Shown here: positions 27,450 through 35,680 of the stretch, piece after piece
Position numbering within the stretch: position 1 is the stretch's first letter
How the letters are laid out: every line of letters begins with the position of its first letter
Assembly: GCA_021108295.1 (NCBI GenBank)
Contig: JAIORF010000102.1
Span: forward strand, 7,260 to 71,259
Origin: a bacterium
GTDB lineage: Bacteria > Patescibacteriota > Dojkabacteria > SC72
Direction of reading: 5' to 3'
DNA length: 64,000 nucleotides
Position numbers and translations under genes: made by a program
The notes under the pieces: model-generated
What the model was told of the DNA's origin: nothing
What the model saw: only the letters and a program-made list of their open reading frames with translations
Database searches by the model: none

Positions 27450-28124
27450 GTGAGAAAGAAAAAGCACCCTTAAATTATGTATTGTTGACTAATGAAAGTC
27501 AGAATAAATAAAGTGGGTGCTTTTTTCATATGGGGGGGGTTAGAACAAGTTCCAAACAAATACGACAGCCATTATGAACAGAAGGGCAATATTCTTAGCC
27601 GCTTTACGGGCAAGCTTTCTTGCTTCTTCTTCTCTTGCTTCGTCTTCTTTTGCTTCAGATTCTACAACTAAGGTATTCACCTTATAGGTAGTTTGTATTA
27701 TCACTATTAGTGATAATATTCCAACCTGGATTTGCTGCGTTTTTAACAACGAGAGCAAAGCTTCCAAGAAAAGCATCGCATCCTTAAAGAAAAAAACTAC
27801 ATCCTTAATCATTTTATGTCTCCTTTATATTATAGAATATTGTTTTATTATAACCATACTATTAAACTTCAACTGCTTAAAATCTAATATATGGTTATAA
27901 CTATCCTAAGGAGACTAACCTTTTTTCCATATGAAAACTTGTATAAATATGGATATAAATATCACATAATACAAGAATATTTTAAAGAACTAGTTTCTTA
28001 TAAAAGAAACATAAAAAAGATAAGGAAATCTCTCTCTATGAAGCTTTTATGTATGTTTTGGGCTGTTTAAAGGTGCAGTATTAACTATCTACTACATTAT
28101 ACTATAGGGCAGTGGTGTGGTCAA
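27450..28124 (-). repeat. Cassette unit C (same architecture)
   Basis: Promoter TTGACC-17-TATAAT at 28096-28124. Leader 27843-28095. Terminator stem AAAGCACCC/GGGTGCTTT at 27461-27523. Confidence 0.8.
27540..27812 (-). CDS. Small two-TM membrane protein (cassette C cargo, 90 aa)
   Basis: MIKDVVFFFKDAMLFLEALLSLL... The charged middle is EAKEDEAREEEARKLARKAAK. AAGGAGA RBS. Confidence 0.55.
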   Translation of the reverse strand: MIKDVVFFFKDAMLFLEALLSLLKTQQIQVGILSLIVIIQTTYKVNTLVVESEAKEDEAREEEARKLARKAAKNIALLFIMAVVFVWNLF

Positions 28125-28127
28125 TGT

Positions 28128-28153
28128 GTAGAAAAGGACCCTTTCGAGTCCTT
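28128..28153 (-). terminator. Intrinsic terminator of rplA
   Basis: Minus-strand RNA reads GGAAGGACUCGAAAGGGUCCUUUUCU. It ends 4 nt before the -35 of the cassette-C promoter. Confidence 0.55.
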
Positions 28154-28175
28154 CCATATTCATAATCAAAGAATA

Positions 28176-28862
28176 TTACTCCTTACTGTAGCTAATCTTT
28201 ACACCTGCGCCCATTGTAGGAGCAAGATGAAGACTATTTAGTAGTTGAGAAGAACTCTTGTTTAATACCTCTTCTAGGGTAGTAATACAAGTATGTACAT
28301 TCTCCATTAGGTCTTCTGTAGACATATCTAACTTACCTGCGTTCATATGTATAACTCCACCCTCATCACAAACAAAAGTCTGTTTACCCTGCTTATACTC
28401 CTTAATCGCACTAGCAATATCTTCAGTTACTGTACCACTCTTAGGATTAGGCATAAGGCCCTTAGGACCTAATTCTCTACCAAGTGCTGCTATTGAAGCC
28501 ATGACTGTAGGAGTTGCTATTGCAACATCAAAGTCTGTCTTTCCGGCCTTAATATCTTTTGTTAGCTTATCTAGGCCTACAATATCTGCTCCAGCCTTCT
28601 TAGCAATATCTTCCATATCTGGAGAACAAAAGACTGCAATCTTTACATTACTAGTACCACTAGAGTGGGGTAGTGTGTATGCACCTTTAATGGATTTAGG
28701 ATCCCTATCCTTTGGTACTTTGATATCAGCATGTACTTCTAGTGTACCTACAAAGTTAGAGTAAGAGAGCTTCTTTACCTGTTCAATAGCCTCTTTAAGG
28801 TCGAGTATGACATTATTGTCATATCCTTTTATACTCTTATTATATCGTTTCCCTCTTTTCAT
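28176..28862 (-). CDS. rplA: Ribosomal protein L1
   Basis: L1 signature across the full 228 aa (GTLEVHADIKVPKDRDPKSIKGAYTLPHSSG...). Confidence 0.9.
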   Translation of the reverse strand: MKRGKRYNKSIKGYDNNVILDLKEAIEQVKKLSYSNFVGTLEVHADIKVPKDRDPKSIKGAYTLPHSSGTSNVKIAVFCSPDMEDIAKKAGADIVGLDKLTKDIKAGKTDFDVAIATPTVMASIAALGRELGPKGLMPNPKSGTVTEDIASAIKEYKQGKQTFVCDEGGVIHMNAGKLDMSTEDLMENVHTCITTLEEVLNKSSSQLLNSLHLAPTMGAGVKISYSKE

Positions 28863-28880
28863 AGTTAGTATATATACAAA

Positions 28881-29306
28881 TTAAAGTTCAACTGTTACAC
28901 CCATCTGTTTTGCAGTACCTGCTACAATTTTAGCAGCTACCTCTGGGTCTGTAGTATTTAAATCAGGCATCTTAATCTTAACAATATCAAGGACTTGCTT
29001 CTTTGTAAGAGTACCAACTTTAGTTAGATTAGGAGTTGCCGAGCCCTTCTTAATATCTAGTGCTCTTCTAATCAATTCTGATGTAGGAGGAGTTTTAAGT
29101 ATGAAATCGAATGATCTATCATCGTAGATTGTGAGGATTACAGGGGTTAATATCCTGTCGTCTTCTCTAGTCTTCTCATTAAATTGAGTACAGAAGTCTT
29201 GTCCATTTATACCGTAAGGAGCAAGTGTAGGACCTATTGGAGGAGCCATTGTTGCACCACCTGCAGGAATTGTAATCTTAAGTTGTGCTTTTATTGGTTT
29301 TGCCAT
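28881..29306 (-). CDS. rplK: Ribosomal protein L11
   Basis: MAKPIKAQLKITIPAGGATMAPPIGPTLAPYGINGQDFCTQFN... Confidence 0.95.
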   Translation of the reverse strand: MAKPIKAQLKITIPAGGATMAPPIGPTLAPYGINGQDFCTQFNEKTREDDRILTPVILTIYDDRSFDFILKTPPTSELIRRALDIKKGSATPNLTKVGTLTKKQVLDIVKIKMPDLNTTDPEVAAKIVAGTAKQMGVTVEL

Positions 29307-29324
29307 TTTTTGAGTTTAATAATA

Positions 29325-29885
29325 TTAAAGTTTAGTGACCTGTGAAAAATCAAGTTCAACAGGAGCTTCTCTACCTAGGAAAGAAATGAGGACTTTTATC
29401 TTACCCTTAGTAGAATCAATCTCTTGTACACTACCGATGAAGTCTGCAAATGCACCTTCAGTAATCTTTACGGCTTCCCCTATACTAAATGAGGTCTTGA
29501 ATGAAGGTTGTTCGACTTCCATATATTGCATAATGGCTTTAACTTCACTCTCAGGTAGTGGTCTTGGCTTTTTGTCTGTTCTTACAAAGCCTCTTACACC
29601 TTCAATGCTGTTGAGTATCTCCCATGTGAGTTCACTTAGTTCTGCTTTAACTAAGATGTATCCTGGGAATATCTTGTCTTCAACTACATTCTGTTTCCCT
29701 TTTTTAACAACGATTTTCTTTTGTACAGGGATTAAGATCTCTACAATCTGTTTTTCTAAACCAGAGGCTTCTATTTTCTGTTGTAATTCCTTTTTGATAG
29801 CATTTTCATACCCAGTTCGTATGTTGAGTACATACCATTTGGCTTTAGGGTTTGTTATTTTCTTTTTCTTTGTTGTTTTTGGCAT
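29325..29885 (-). CDS. nusG: Transcription antitermination factor NusG
   Basis: NGN domain (KWYVLNIRTGYENAIKKEL) and C-terminal KOW (GKIKVLISFLGREAPVELDFSQV). Confidence 0.9.
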   Translation of the reverse strand: MPKTTKKKKITNPKAKWYVLNIRTGYENAIKKELQQKIEASGLEKQIVEILIPVQKKIVVKKGKQNVVEDKIFPGYILVKAELSELTWEILNSIEGVRGFVRTDKKPRPLPESEVKAIMQYMEVEQPSFKTSFSIGEAVKITEGAFADFIGSVQEIDSTKGKIKVLISFLGREAPVELDFSQVTKL

Positions 29886-29887
29886 TT

Positions 29888-30064
29888 TTAGAATATATTT
29901 ATAGTAAGATACCAGTCTCGAATCTTAAAAAAGATTAGGTCTAAGCCTGTTGCAAAGAGGGCTATTATAGCACAAAGAATTGTAGTATATATTGTCAGTT
30001 TAATCAATTCAAGGCCTGTTGGCCACTTTGTCATTTTTAATTCACTAATTATTCCTTTTATCAT
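29888..30064 (-). CDS. secE: Preprotein translocase subunit SecE
   Basis: KMTKWPTG (K-V/T-x-WP) plus a single TM helix. The start is moved to the internal Met so it clears tRNA-Trp. Confidence 0.75.
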   Translation of the reverse strand: MIKGIISELKMTKWPTGLELIKLTIYTTILCAIIALFATGLDLIFFKIRDWYLTINIF

Positions 30065-30076
30065 ATTTTTGTTTTC

Positions 30077-30152
30077 TGGCAGGCCCACTCTGATTTGAAC
30101 AGAGAACTATGGTTTTGGAGACCACTGTTTTACCAGTTGAAACTATGGGCCC
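30077..30152 (-). tRNA. tRNA-Trp (anticodon CCA)
   Basis: Minus strand GGGCCCA...TGGGCCTGCCA. Anticodon loop CTCCAAA, T-loop TTCAAAT. CCA is encoded. It sits in the conserved rpmG-trpT-secE position. Confidence 0.75.
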
Positions 30153-30184
30153 TTAGCGGTTTCAACGTAATTTAAAAAGAGCGT

Positions 30185-30349
30185 TTACTTTATCTTTGTC
30201 TCCTTATGTAAAGTATGTTTTTGACATTTCTTACAGTATTTGTTTTGTTCAATTTTTTCTTTAATATTCCTAGTTTTGTATGTAGTGTAATTCCTGTTTT
30301 TACATTCACTGCATTGTAGAACTATAATATTTCTTTTTGCCTTTGCCAT
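30185..30349 (-). CDS. rpmG: Ribosomal protein L33 (C4 zinc-ribbon type)
   Basis: Hand-translated 54 aa: [54 protein letters not shown]. It is not in the ORF track (<60 aa). Confidence 0.8.
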   Translation of the reverse strand: MAKAKRNIIVLQCSECKNRNYTTYKTRNIKEKIEQNKYCKKCQKHTLHKETKIK

Positions 30350-30437
30350 TTGTTTCTGGGTTTCAATTTATGATGGTGGGAAATATACTGAGGGTATTAT
30401 ATATTGAAAAGTAGGGGAGGTCAAATATTGAGTGTAG

Positions 30438-31138
30438 GTAGGAAAGAAAAAGAACACCCTAAATATTTGTTGACCGAAGTCAAAAATACCTCTGTATAAG
30501 AGGGGGTGTTCTGTTCTTTTCATAGGGGGGGTTAGTAGTTGAAGTTCTCTAGGACGAGAATCCACACTGCGGTAAGGCCTAGTACGATAAGGAGCAATGC
30601 AGTAGCGGTGAAGCGAAAAGAATCTTTTTTATTCTTACTCATCTTCTACTCTCTCCTCTTCTGCCTTCTTGAACAGTATTGCTAATGCTATCAGTTCCGT
30701 TATAAAGGCCAAAGCCCAGACGGGAAACGTGGCTTCTAAGAAGAACATTATGACTATTTGTATCAAGACAATTAGCCACAGTAAGTAATAAATGTTCAAT
30801 TCCTTTATAGAGTCTTTCACTTTTTCCTTTAACATTTTGTTCTCCTATTTATATTTTTATTATAACCATACTATTAAACTTCAATATACTTAAAATCTAA
30901 TATATGGTTATAACTATTCTAATAAGGAGTAACCTTTTCCCATATGAAAACTTGTATAAATATGGATATAAATATCACATAATACAAGAATATTTTAAAG
31001 AACTAGTTTCTTATAAAAGAAACATAAAAAAGATAAAGAAATCTCTCTATATGAAGCTTTTATAGGTGTTTTGGGATATATTAAGGTGCAGTATTAACTA
31101 TCTACTATATTATACTATAGGGTGAAGGTTGGTGTCAA
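30438..31138 (-). repeat. Cassette unit D (solo copy, slightly diverged)
   Basis: Promoter TTGACA-18-TATAAT at 31109-31138, 11 nt from the tRNA-Thr 3' end. Leader 30855-31108 has about 10 substitutions relative to A-C. Terminator stem AGAACACCC/GGGTGTTCT at 30451-30512. Confidence 0.8.
30635..30835 (-). CDS. Small two-TM membrane protein (cassette D cargo, 66 aa)
   Basis: MLKEKVKDSIKELNIYYLLWLIVLIQIVIMFFLEATFPVWALAFITELIALAILFKKAEEERVEDE. Confidence 0.55.
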   Translation of the reverse strand: MLKEKVKDSIKELNIYYLLWLIVLIQIVIMFFLEATFPVWALAFITELIALAILFKKAEEERVEDE

Positions 31139-31149
31139 TCTGCATATAT

Positions 31150-31226
31150 TGGAGCTGGATCTGAGAATCGAACTCAGGACCTCATTCTTACCATGAATGC
31201 GCTCTAGCCATCTGAGCTAATCCAGC
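31150..31226 (-). tRNA. tRNA-Thr (anticodon GGT)
   Basis: GCTGGAT...ATCCAGCTCCA. Anticodon loop ATGGTAA. T-loop TTCGATT. Confidence 0.75.
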
Positions 31227-31270
31227 TAATATGGTGATTATACAATAAAAGAATTCCTTTTTGGAAATAT

Positions 31271-31855
31271 CTAATCTTTTAGGTTGTTTGTCTTCTTAAA
31301 AAATATATACCAAAGAGGCAAAGAAAGTACAAGTAACCCTAACGAATATGCAGGTGCATACTGTGTAGAATATTCTCCAACTCTTGTAAGGAAGTAGTTT
31401 ATTAAATTATATGATGCTGTAGGGATAGCAATAACACCAACTATGCTATATATCATTAAGGAAATAAAGGTATAACCTTTATCTATCCATTCTATGGCAT
31501 CTTTCTTCTTTATCCTTTTAATACCAACCCTATGAAGTATGAAAAGAAGTGACATAGATATGAATATTGATAAGCTATTAACTAATCCATTCTGTCTTGT
31601 AGTTTCATTCCAGCAATATTCGTTACCCTCTATCTCTATAACCTCTCCATTGTCATAACATTTTTCCTCATTAAAGTCTTCCATATATTGAATATCATTT
31701 ACTTGGTGAAGAGAGTAAGAAAAGTGTAGTGGGGCAATGTATGAGGCCCCTGTTTGTATTAGGTATGCTCCTGAAAAGAGGATGGAAACTAAAGTTATTA
31801 AACACATCAGGTGTAAGTATGTCTGGAGTAAGGCTTTGACTGTAATCTTTTTCAT
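31271..31855 (-). CDS. Hypothetical polytopic membrane protein
   Basis: ORF with 3-4 hydrophobic helices, sitting between tRNA-Tyr and tRNA-Thr. No recognisable motif. Confidence 0.4.
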   Translation of the reverse strand: MKKITVKALLQTYLHLMCLITLVSILFSGAYLIQTGASYIAPLHFSYSLHQVNDIQYMEDFNEEKCYDNGEVIEIEGNEYCWNETTRQNGLVNSLSIFISMSLLFILHRVGIKRIKKKDAIEWIDKGYTFISLMIYSIVGVIAIPTASYNLINYFLTRVGEYSTQYAPAYSLGLLVLSLPLWYIFFKKTNNLKD

Positions 31856-31887
31856 AAATATTTTTTAATAATTTAAGATCAAAGAAA

Positions 31888-31973
31888 TGGTGCAGAGGAC
31901 TGGATTTGAACCAGTGTATCCCGAAGGAGTCGGTTTTACAGACCGATGCGATTGACCACTCCGCCACCTCTGC
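31888..31973 (-). tRNA. tRNA-Tyr (anticodon GTA), class II with long variable arm
   Basis: GCAGAGG...CCTCTGCACCA. Anticodon loop CTGTAAA. Long variable arm CTCCTTCGGGATACA. Confidence 0.7.
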
Positions 31974-31976
31974 ACA

Positions 31977-32053
31977 TGGAGCCGAAGAAGAGATTCGAAC
32001 TCTTGACCTATTGTTTACAAAACAATTGCTCTGACCAACTGAGCTACTTCGGC
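31977..32053 (-). tRNA. tRNA-Thr (anticodon TGT)
   Basis: GCCGAAG...CTTCGGCTCCA. Anticodon loop TTTGTAA. T-loop TTCGAAT. Confidence 0.75.
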
Positions 32054-32111
32054 GTAGTCGTAAGTCTATTATATCAATGAATTGAAAGTCAAGAAAGGGG
32101 TGTTAGAAAAT

Positions 32112-32246
32112 GTCCTGCTAGGAGAGGAGTCATAGAGCTCATACAGAATAAGTGGGTTTCCTCAACTTAACTCCAAAGAGCTAAGCGATATTTGGAATCC
32201 CGAGCTCTGGTTACAGAGCTATGAAACCTCTGATTCCCATCAGGAC
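32112..32246. ncRNA. Candidate ~135-nt structured RNA of unknown class in a non-coding gap
   Basis: Nested inverted repeats: GTCCTG/CAGGAC closing, AGAGG/CCTCT, CATAGAGCTC/GAGCTATG, GGGTTTCC/GGAATCCC, TCCAAA/TTTGGA, and CCAAAGAGCT/AGCTCTGG. No ORF. Strand undetermined. Confidence 0.3.
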
Positions 32247-32294
32247 ACTATATTTTATCGTAAATAGAGATGGGGGGCAACATATAACAATATG

Positions 32295-32966
32295 TTATAA
32301 GAAACCAAGAAGAGTTAAGAAAAAGTCCAAGGTCGACCCAATAAATGAAGAAATGAATGTAGATAAAGGGGAAAACGGCAATATAAACAGAAGAATAAGA
32401 ACCCAAGAATAACTCTCCAGCTTCTCCCAATAGTATGAGAGCCCTTTTGGAAGCAATCCATTTACAATTTTGTGTCCATCAAGTGGAGGAACAGGAATCA
32501 TATTAAAAATTGCTAAGGAAAGGTTTATAGTCGCAAATATAAATAGAAAATAACTTATAAGATACCAGTCGGGTAGAATCTGATATAGTATCGCAGTTAA
32601 TATAGCCACTACAAGGTTTGAAACTGGTCCAGCAAGAGCTGTGAGAGCCGTATCCTGTCTTCTACGCTCGAAATTATACTCATTGATAGGTATAGGTTTA
32701 CTCCATCCAAACCTAAAGATAACCATCATAAGGGCACCAATAGGATCTATATGTGCTAAAGGATTGAGAGTTAACCTGCCACTTGCCTTAGCAGTAGGAT
32801 CTCCCAATTTGAATGCACACCATGCATGGAAATACTCATGAATAGTAGAGGCAACCACTATAGATGGTACTGCCAGAGCTATCCATAATATAAAATCTTC
32901 TGTGAACATAAAACATATCTTGCTAAAACTGATACTTTTTGATAATATCATCTTGCGCCTAATCAT
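32295..32966 (-). CDS. Peptidase M50B family membrane metalloprotease (SpoIVFB-like)
   Basis: HEYFHAW (HExxH) within a TM helix. LNPLAHIDPIGAL matches the M50B LDG-like motif. Confidence 0.7.
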   Translation of the reverse strand: MIRRKMILSKSISFSKICFMFTEDFILWIALAVPSIVVASTIHEYFHAWCAFKLGDPTAKASGRLTLNPLAHIDPIGALMMVIFRFGWSKPIPINEYNFERRRQDTALTALAGPVSNLVVAILTAILYQILPDWYLISYFLFIFATINLSLAIFNMIPVPPLDGHKIVNGLLPKGLSYYWEKLESYSWVLILLFILPFSPLSTFISSFIGSTLDFFLTLLGFL

Positions 32967-32987
32967 TCAATTAAAAGAATAAAAAGT

Positions 32988-33206
32988 ATGTCAAAAGTAT
33001 GTTACATTTGTAAAAAATCTACAATTGCAGGAAAAAGAGTTCAGCATAAGCATGCTGGAGGTTGGAGATTTAAAGCACCAAAAACTAATAGGGTATTTAA
33101 GCCAAATCTTAAGAAAGTCTCTCTAGAAGTAGATGGAAAGCAGAGAAGAGTTTCTATATGTATGAAGTGTTACAAGAGACTCAGAAAAGAAACCTCCGAG
33201 AAATAG
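32988..33206 (+). CDS. rpmB: Ribosomal protein L28
   Basis: MSKVCYICKKSTIAGKRVQHKHAGGWRFKAPKTNRVFKPNLKKV...CMKCYKRL (zinc-ribbon L28). Confidence 0.75.
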   Translation: MSKVCYICKKSTIAGKRVQHKHAGGWRFKAPKTNRVFKPNLKKVSLEVDGKQRRVSICMKCYKRLRKETSEK

Positions 33207-33309
33207 TATAGTATCTGTGATCAATTATTTTGTTGTGGGGTATATTTTAACCTCGAAATATTCTGTGCTACATGCTATTATACAAAACAATAACTTCTGT
33301 GAATGAAAA

Positions 33310-34365
33310 ATGAAACCATTTAATTCAGTATGGAATCTATTTACCTATGATTTAGGTATAGATTTAGGTACTGTTAATACAATAGTATACTTGAGGGGAC
33401 ACGGTATTGTGATATCCGAGCCTTCTGTAGTTGCTATCAACAAACGAACCAAGAAGATTCTAGCTGTGGGTAATGAAGCACGTAAGATGATAGGTAGGAC
33501 ACCTGCCAATATTGTTGCTATCCGACCATTAAAGCATGGTGTAATTTCTGACTTTGATACTACTCAAGCTATGATTCACCACTTCATACACAAGACGCAT
33601 CGAGGTTTTAAGAATAATTGGAAGGTACCAAGACCACGAGTCATTGTCGGTGTACCATCTTCTGTAACTGAAGTTGAAAGACAGGCTGTGATAGATGCTT
33701 CTAAGACTGCAGGAGCTAGAGAGGTTTTTCTTGTAGAAGAAGCTATGGCAGCAGCAATTGGGGCAAGTTTGCCGATAGAAGATGCCTCTGGAAGCATGAT
33801 TATCGATATTGGTGGTGGAACTACAGATATTGCTGTGTTGTCTCTTGGAGATGTAGTGGTGGATAATACGATAAGGGTAGCAGGGGATGAGATGAACCAA
33901 GACATCATTGATTATGTAAAAGAGAAGTACAACATACTGATTGGTGAAAGAACTGCAGAGGATGTGAAGATCGCTATTGGTTCTGCAATACCTCTTAGTG
34001 ACGAGAAAGAAGTCATATTACAAGGTAGAGATTTAGTAACTGGTCTTCCTAAGTCTGTACAGGTAAGTAGTGTAGAGATAAGGGAGGCAATAATGGCATC
34101 CATAATGGTTATCACAGAGGCTGTAAAGGAAGCTATAGAAGATACCCCCCCAGAGCTAATTAGAGACTTACTTTCTGCTGGTTTACACCTTGCAGGAGGT
34201 GGAGCATTGATAAAAGGGTTGGATAGGTACTGGTCTCATGAATTAAATGTCCCTGTACATATTGTAGACGACCCTATCTCTGCTGTAGCTAGAGGCACTG
34301 CACAGATGCTAGACCATATAGATCTTCTTGATAGGGTTCAATCTTCGTGGAAAGAATTAGTTTAG
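33310..34365 (+). CDS. mreB: MreB (copy 2), first gene of the mreBCD-mrdA cluster
   Basis: LGIDLGTVNTIVYL, DIGGGTTDIAV, full length. Confidence 0.9.
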   Translation: MKPFNSVWNLFTYDLGIDLGTVNTIVYLRGHGIVISEPSVVAINKRTKKILAVGNEARKMIGRTPANIVAIRPLKHGVISDFDTTQAMIHHFIHKTHRGFKNNWKVPRPRVIVGVPSSVTEVERQAVIDASKTAGAREVFLVEEAMAAAIGASLPIEDASGSMIIDIGGGTTDIAVLSLGDVVVDNTIRVAGDEMNQDIIDYVKEKYNILIGERTAEDVKIAIGSAIPLSDEKEVILQGRDLVTGLPKSVQVSSVEIREAIMASIMVITEAVKEAIEDTPPELIRDLLSAGLHLAGGGALIKGLDRYWSHELNVPVHIVDDPISAVARGTAQMLDHIDLLDRVQSSWKELV

Positions 34366-34377
34366 TGGTTTAAAAAG

Positions 34378-35202
34378 GTGGTTTTAGAGAGTAATAATAA
34401 AAAAGATGGGAATTGGTTACCAATTCTTACAACATTCACCATATCTGTCATTCTCATCATACTCTGTAATATAGGATGGCTTAATTGGGTAAAACCAGCA
34501 CTCTCATACGTATTTGATCCGATATATACCGTATCCTCCAATGGAGCTACTCAAGTTAGTGGGTATGTAAGTACTCTTACCAATATCTCAGAGTTCAGGA
34601 ATGAATACAATCAGATGAAAATACAAATAGCTCAGTATAAGGTTGATATTGCAGATTACCGTAGTATTAAGAAGGAAAATGATGATTTAAAAATTCAATT
34701 GGAGTTACAAAACAAAGAATACAGGTATGTACACAGCAAAGTACTTGACCATATAGAGATAGATTACATGGTAATTAATACTGGACTACAAGATGGTATC
34801 ACTAATGGAGATATTGTAGTTTTTGGAGACACTTTTCTAGGGATTGTAATTGAGTGTAATCAGTATACTTCTATAGTAAGACTCCCAATATCCAAATCGA
34901 GTTTCTTAGAGGTATATATAATCTCCTCTGATGATAGTGATGGTCGTAACATCTTGAGTAGGGCAGTAGTAAATGGATCCTCAGATGGTATTAAAATTGA
35001 AAATATTGGGATGAATAGTGGAGTAGAGAACGGTGACGTTGTAATAGTGAATGATAGTAAGGTAAAGGACAACCTTGTACTTGGTCACATAGTAGGTCTC
35101 TCAAAAGACCCAGCTACAACTACACGTACAGGATATGTTTCTCCCACTATTGATTTCTATGATTTACTTAATGTTTTTGTAAGACTAAAAGATGTTGATT
35201 AG
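34378..35202 (+). CDS. mreC: Rod-shape protein MreC
   Basis: TM anchor, coiled coil (QMKIQIAQYKVDIADYRSIKKENDDLKIQLELQNK), beta-rich C-terminus. Follows mreB. Confidence 0.65.
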   Translation: MVLESNNKKDGNWLPILTTFTISVILIILCNIGWLNWVKPALSYVFDPIYTVSSNGATQVSGYVSTLTNISEFRNEYNQMKIQIAQYKVDIADYRSIKKENDDLKIQLELQNKEYRYVHSKVLDHIEIDYMVINTGLQDGITNGDIVVFGDTFLGIVIECNQYTSIVRLPISKSSFLEVYIISSDDSDGRNILSRAVVNGSSDGIKIENIGMNSGVENGDVVIVNDSKVKDNLVLGHIVGLSKDPATTTRTGYVSPTIDFYDLLNVFVRLKDVD

Positions 35203-35680
35203 TATATTGGTGATAACAATGGGAATAATCCTATGCATAGCACTAGAGAGTTTTCTTTCTACACTCTTTTCTTTCTCTGTGATAATCATTGTTGCACTAA
35301 TATTGGTGGAGAAATGGGATACTTCGAAGTGGATAGTAGTGATATCACTAAGCTCGATTTTTGTGGATGTAATCCTGCATAGATGTTTAGGTATTACCCT
35401 TTTAAGTATATCCTTGAGTATATTGGTTCTTAATATTCTCTTCCTTGTAATGCCCAAAAAACAACTCATACTTTCATATATCCCATACTTCTTTGCATTA
35501 CTTCTCTTTTACATCATAATTCAAATATTCTCCCCACTACTTCTTGATGGGATATTGGGATATTTCAGTCTTGAAATATTTATACAGTCTGTGATTAAGT
35601 CTTTAGTTTCTACACTTTTAATCTTTTTAATCAATATTCTGACAGATAGGATCAGGACTGAGAAGATAATATCAATATGA
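35192..35680 (+). CDS. mreD: Rod-shape protein MreD
   Basis: A 162-aa polytopic membrane protein between mreC and mrdA. Confidence 0.55.
   Translation: MLISILVITMGIILCIALESFLSTLFSFSVIIIVALILVEKWDTSKWIVVISLSSIFVDVILHRCLGITLLSISLSILVLNILFLVMPKKQLILSYIPYFFALLLFYIIIQIFSPLLLDGILGYFSLEIFIQSVIKSLVSTLLIFLINILTDRIRTEKIISI

Noticed and set aside
26055-31138. Possibility that the four ~270-bp repeats are a CRISPR array or IS/MITE terminal repeats.
   Set aside because: The repeat period is ~680 bp, not 30-40 bp, and the intervals between repeats contain expressed-looking ORFs with RBSs. There are no terminal inverted repeats and no transposase, integrase or cas gene in the window.
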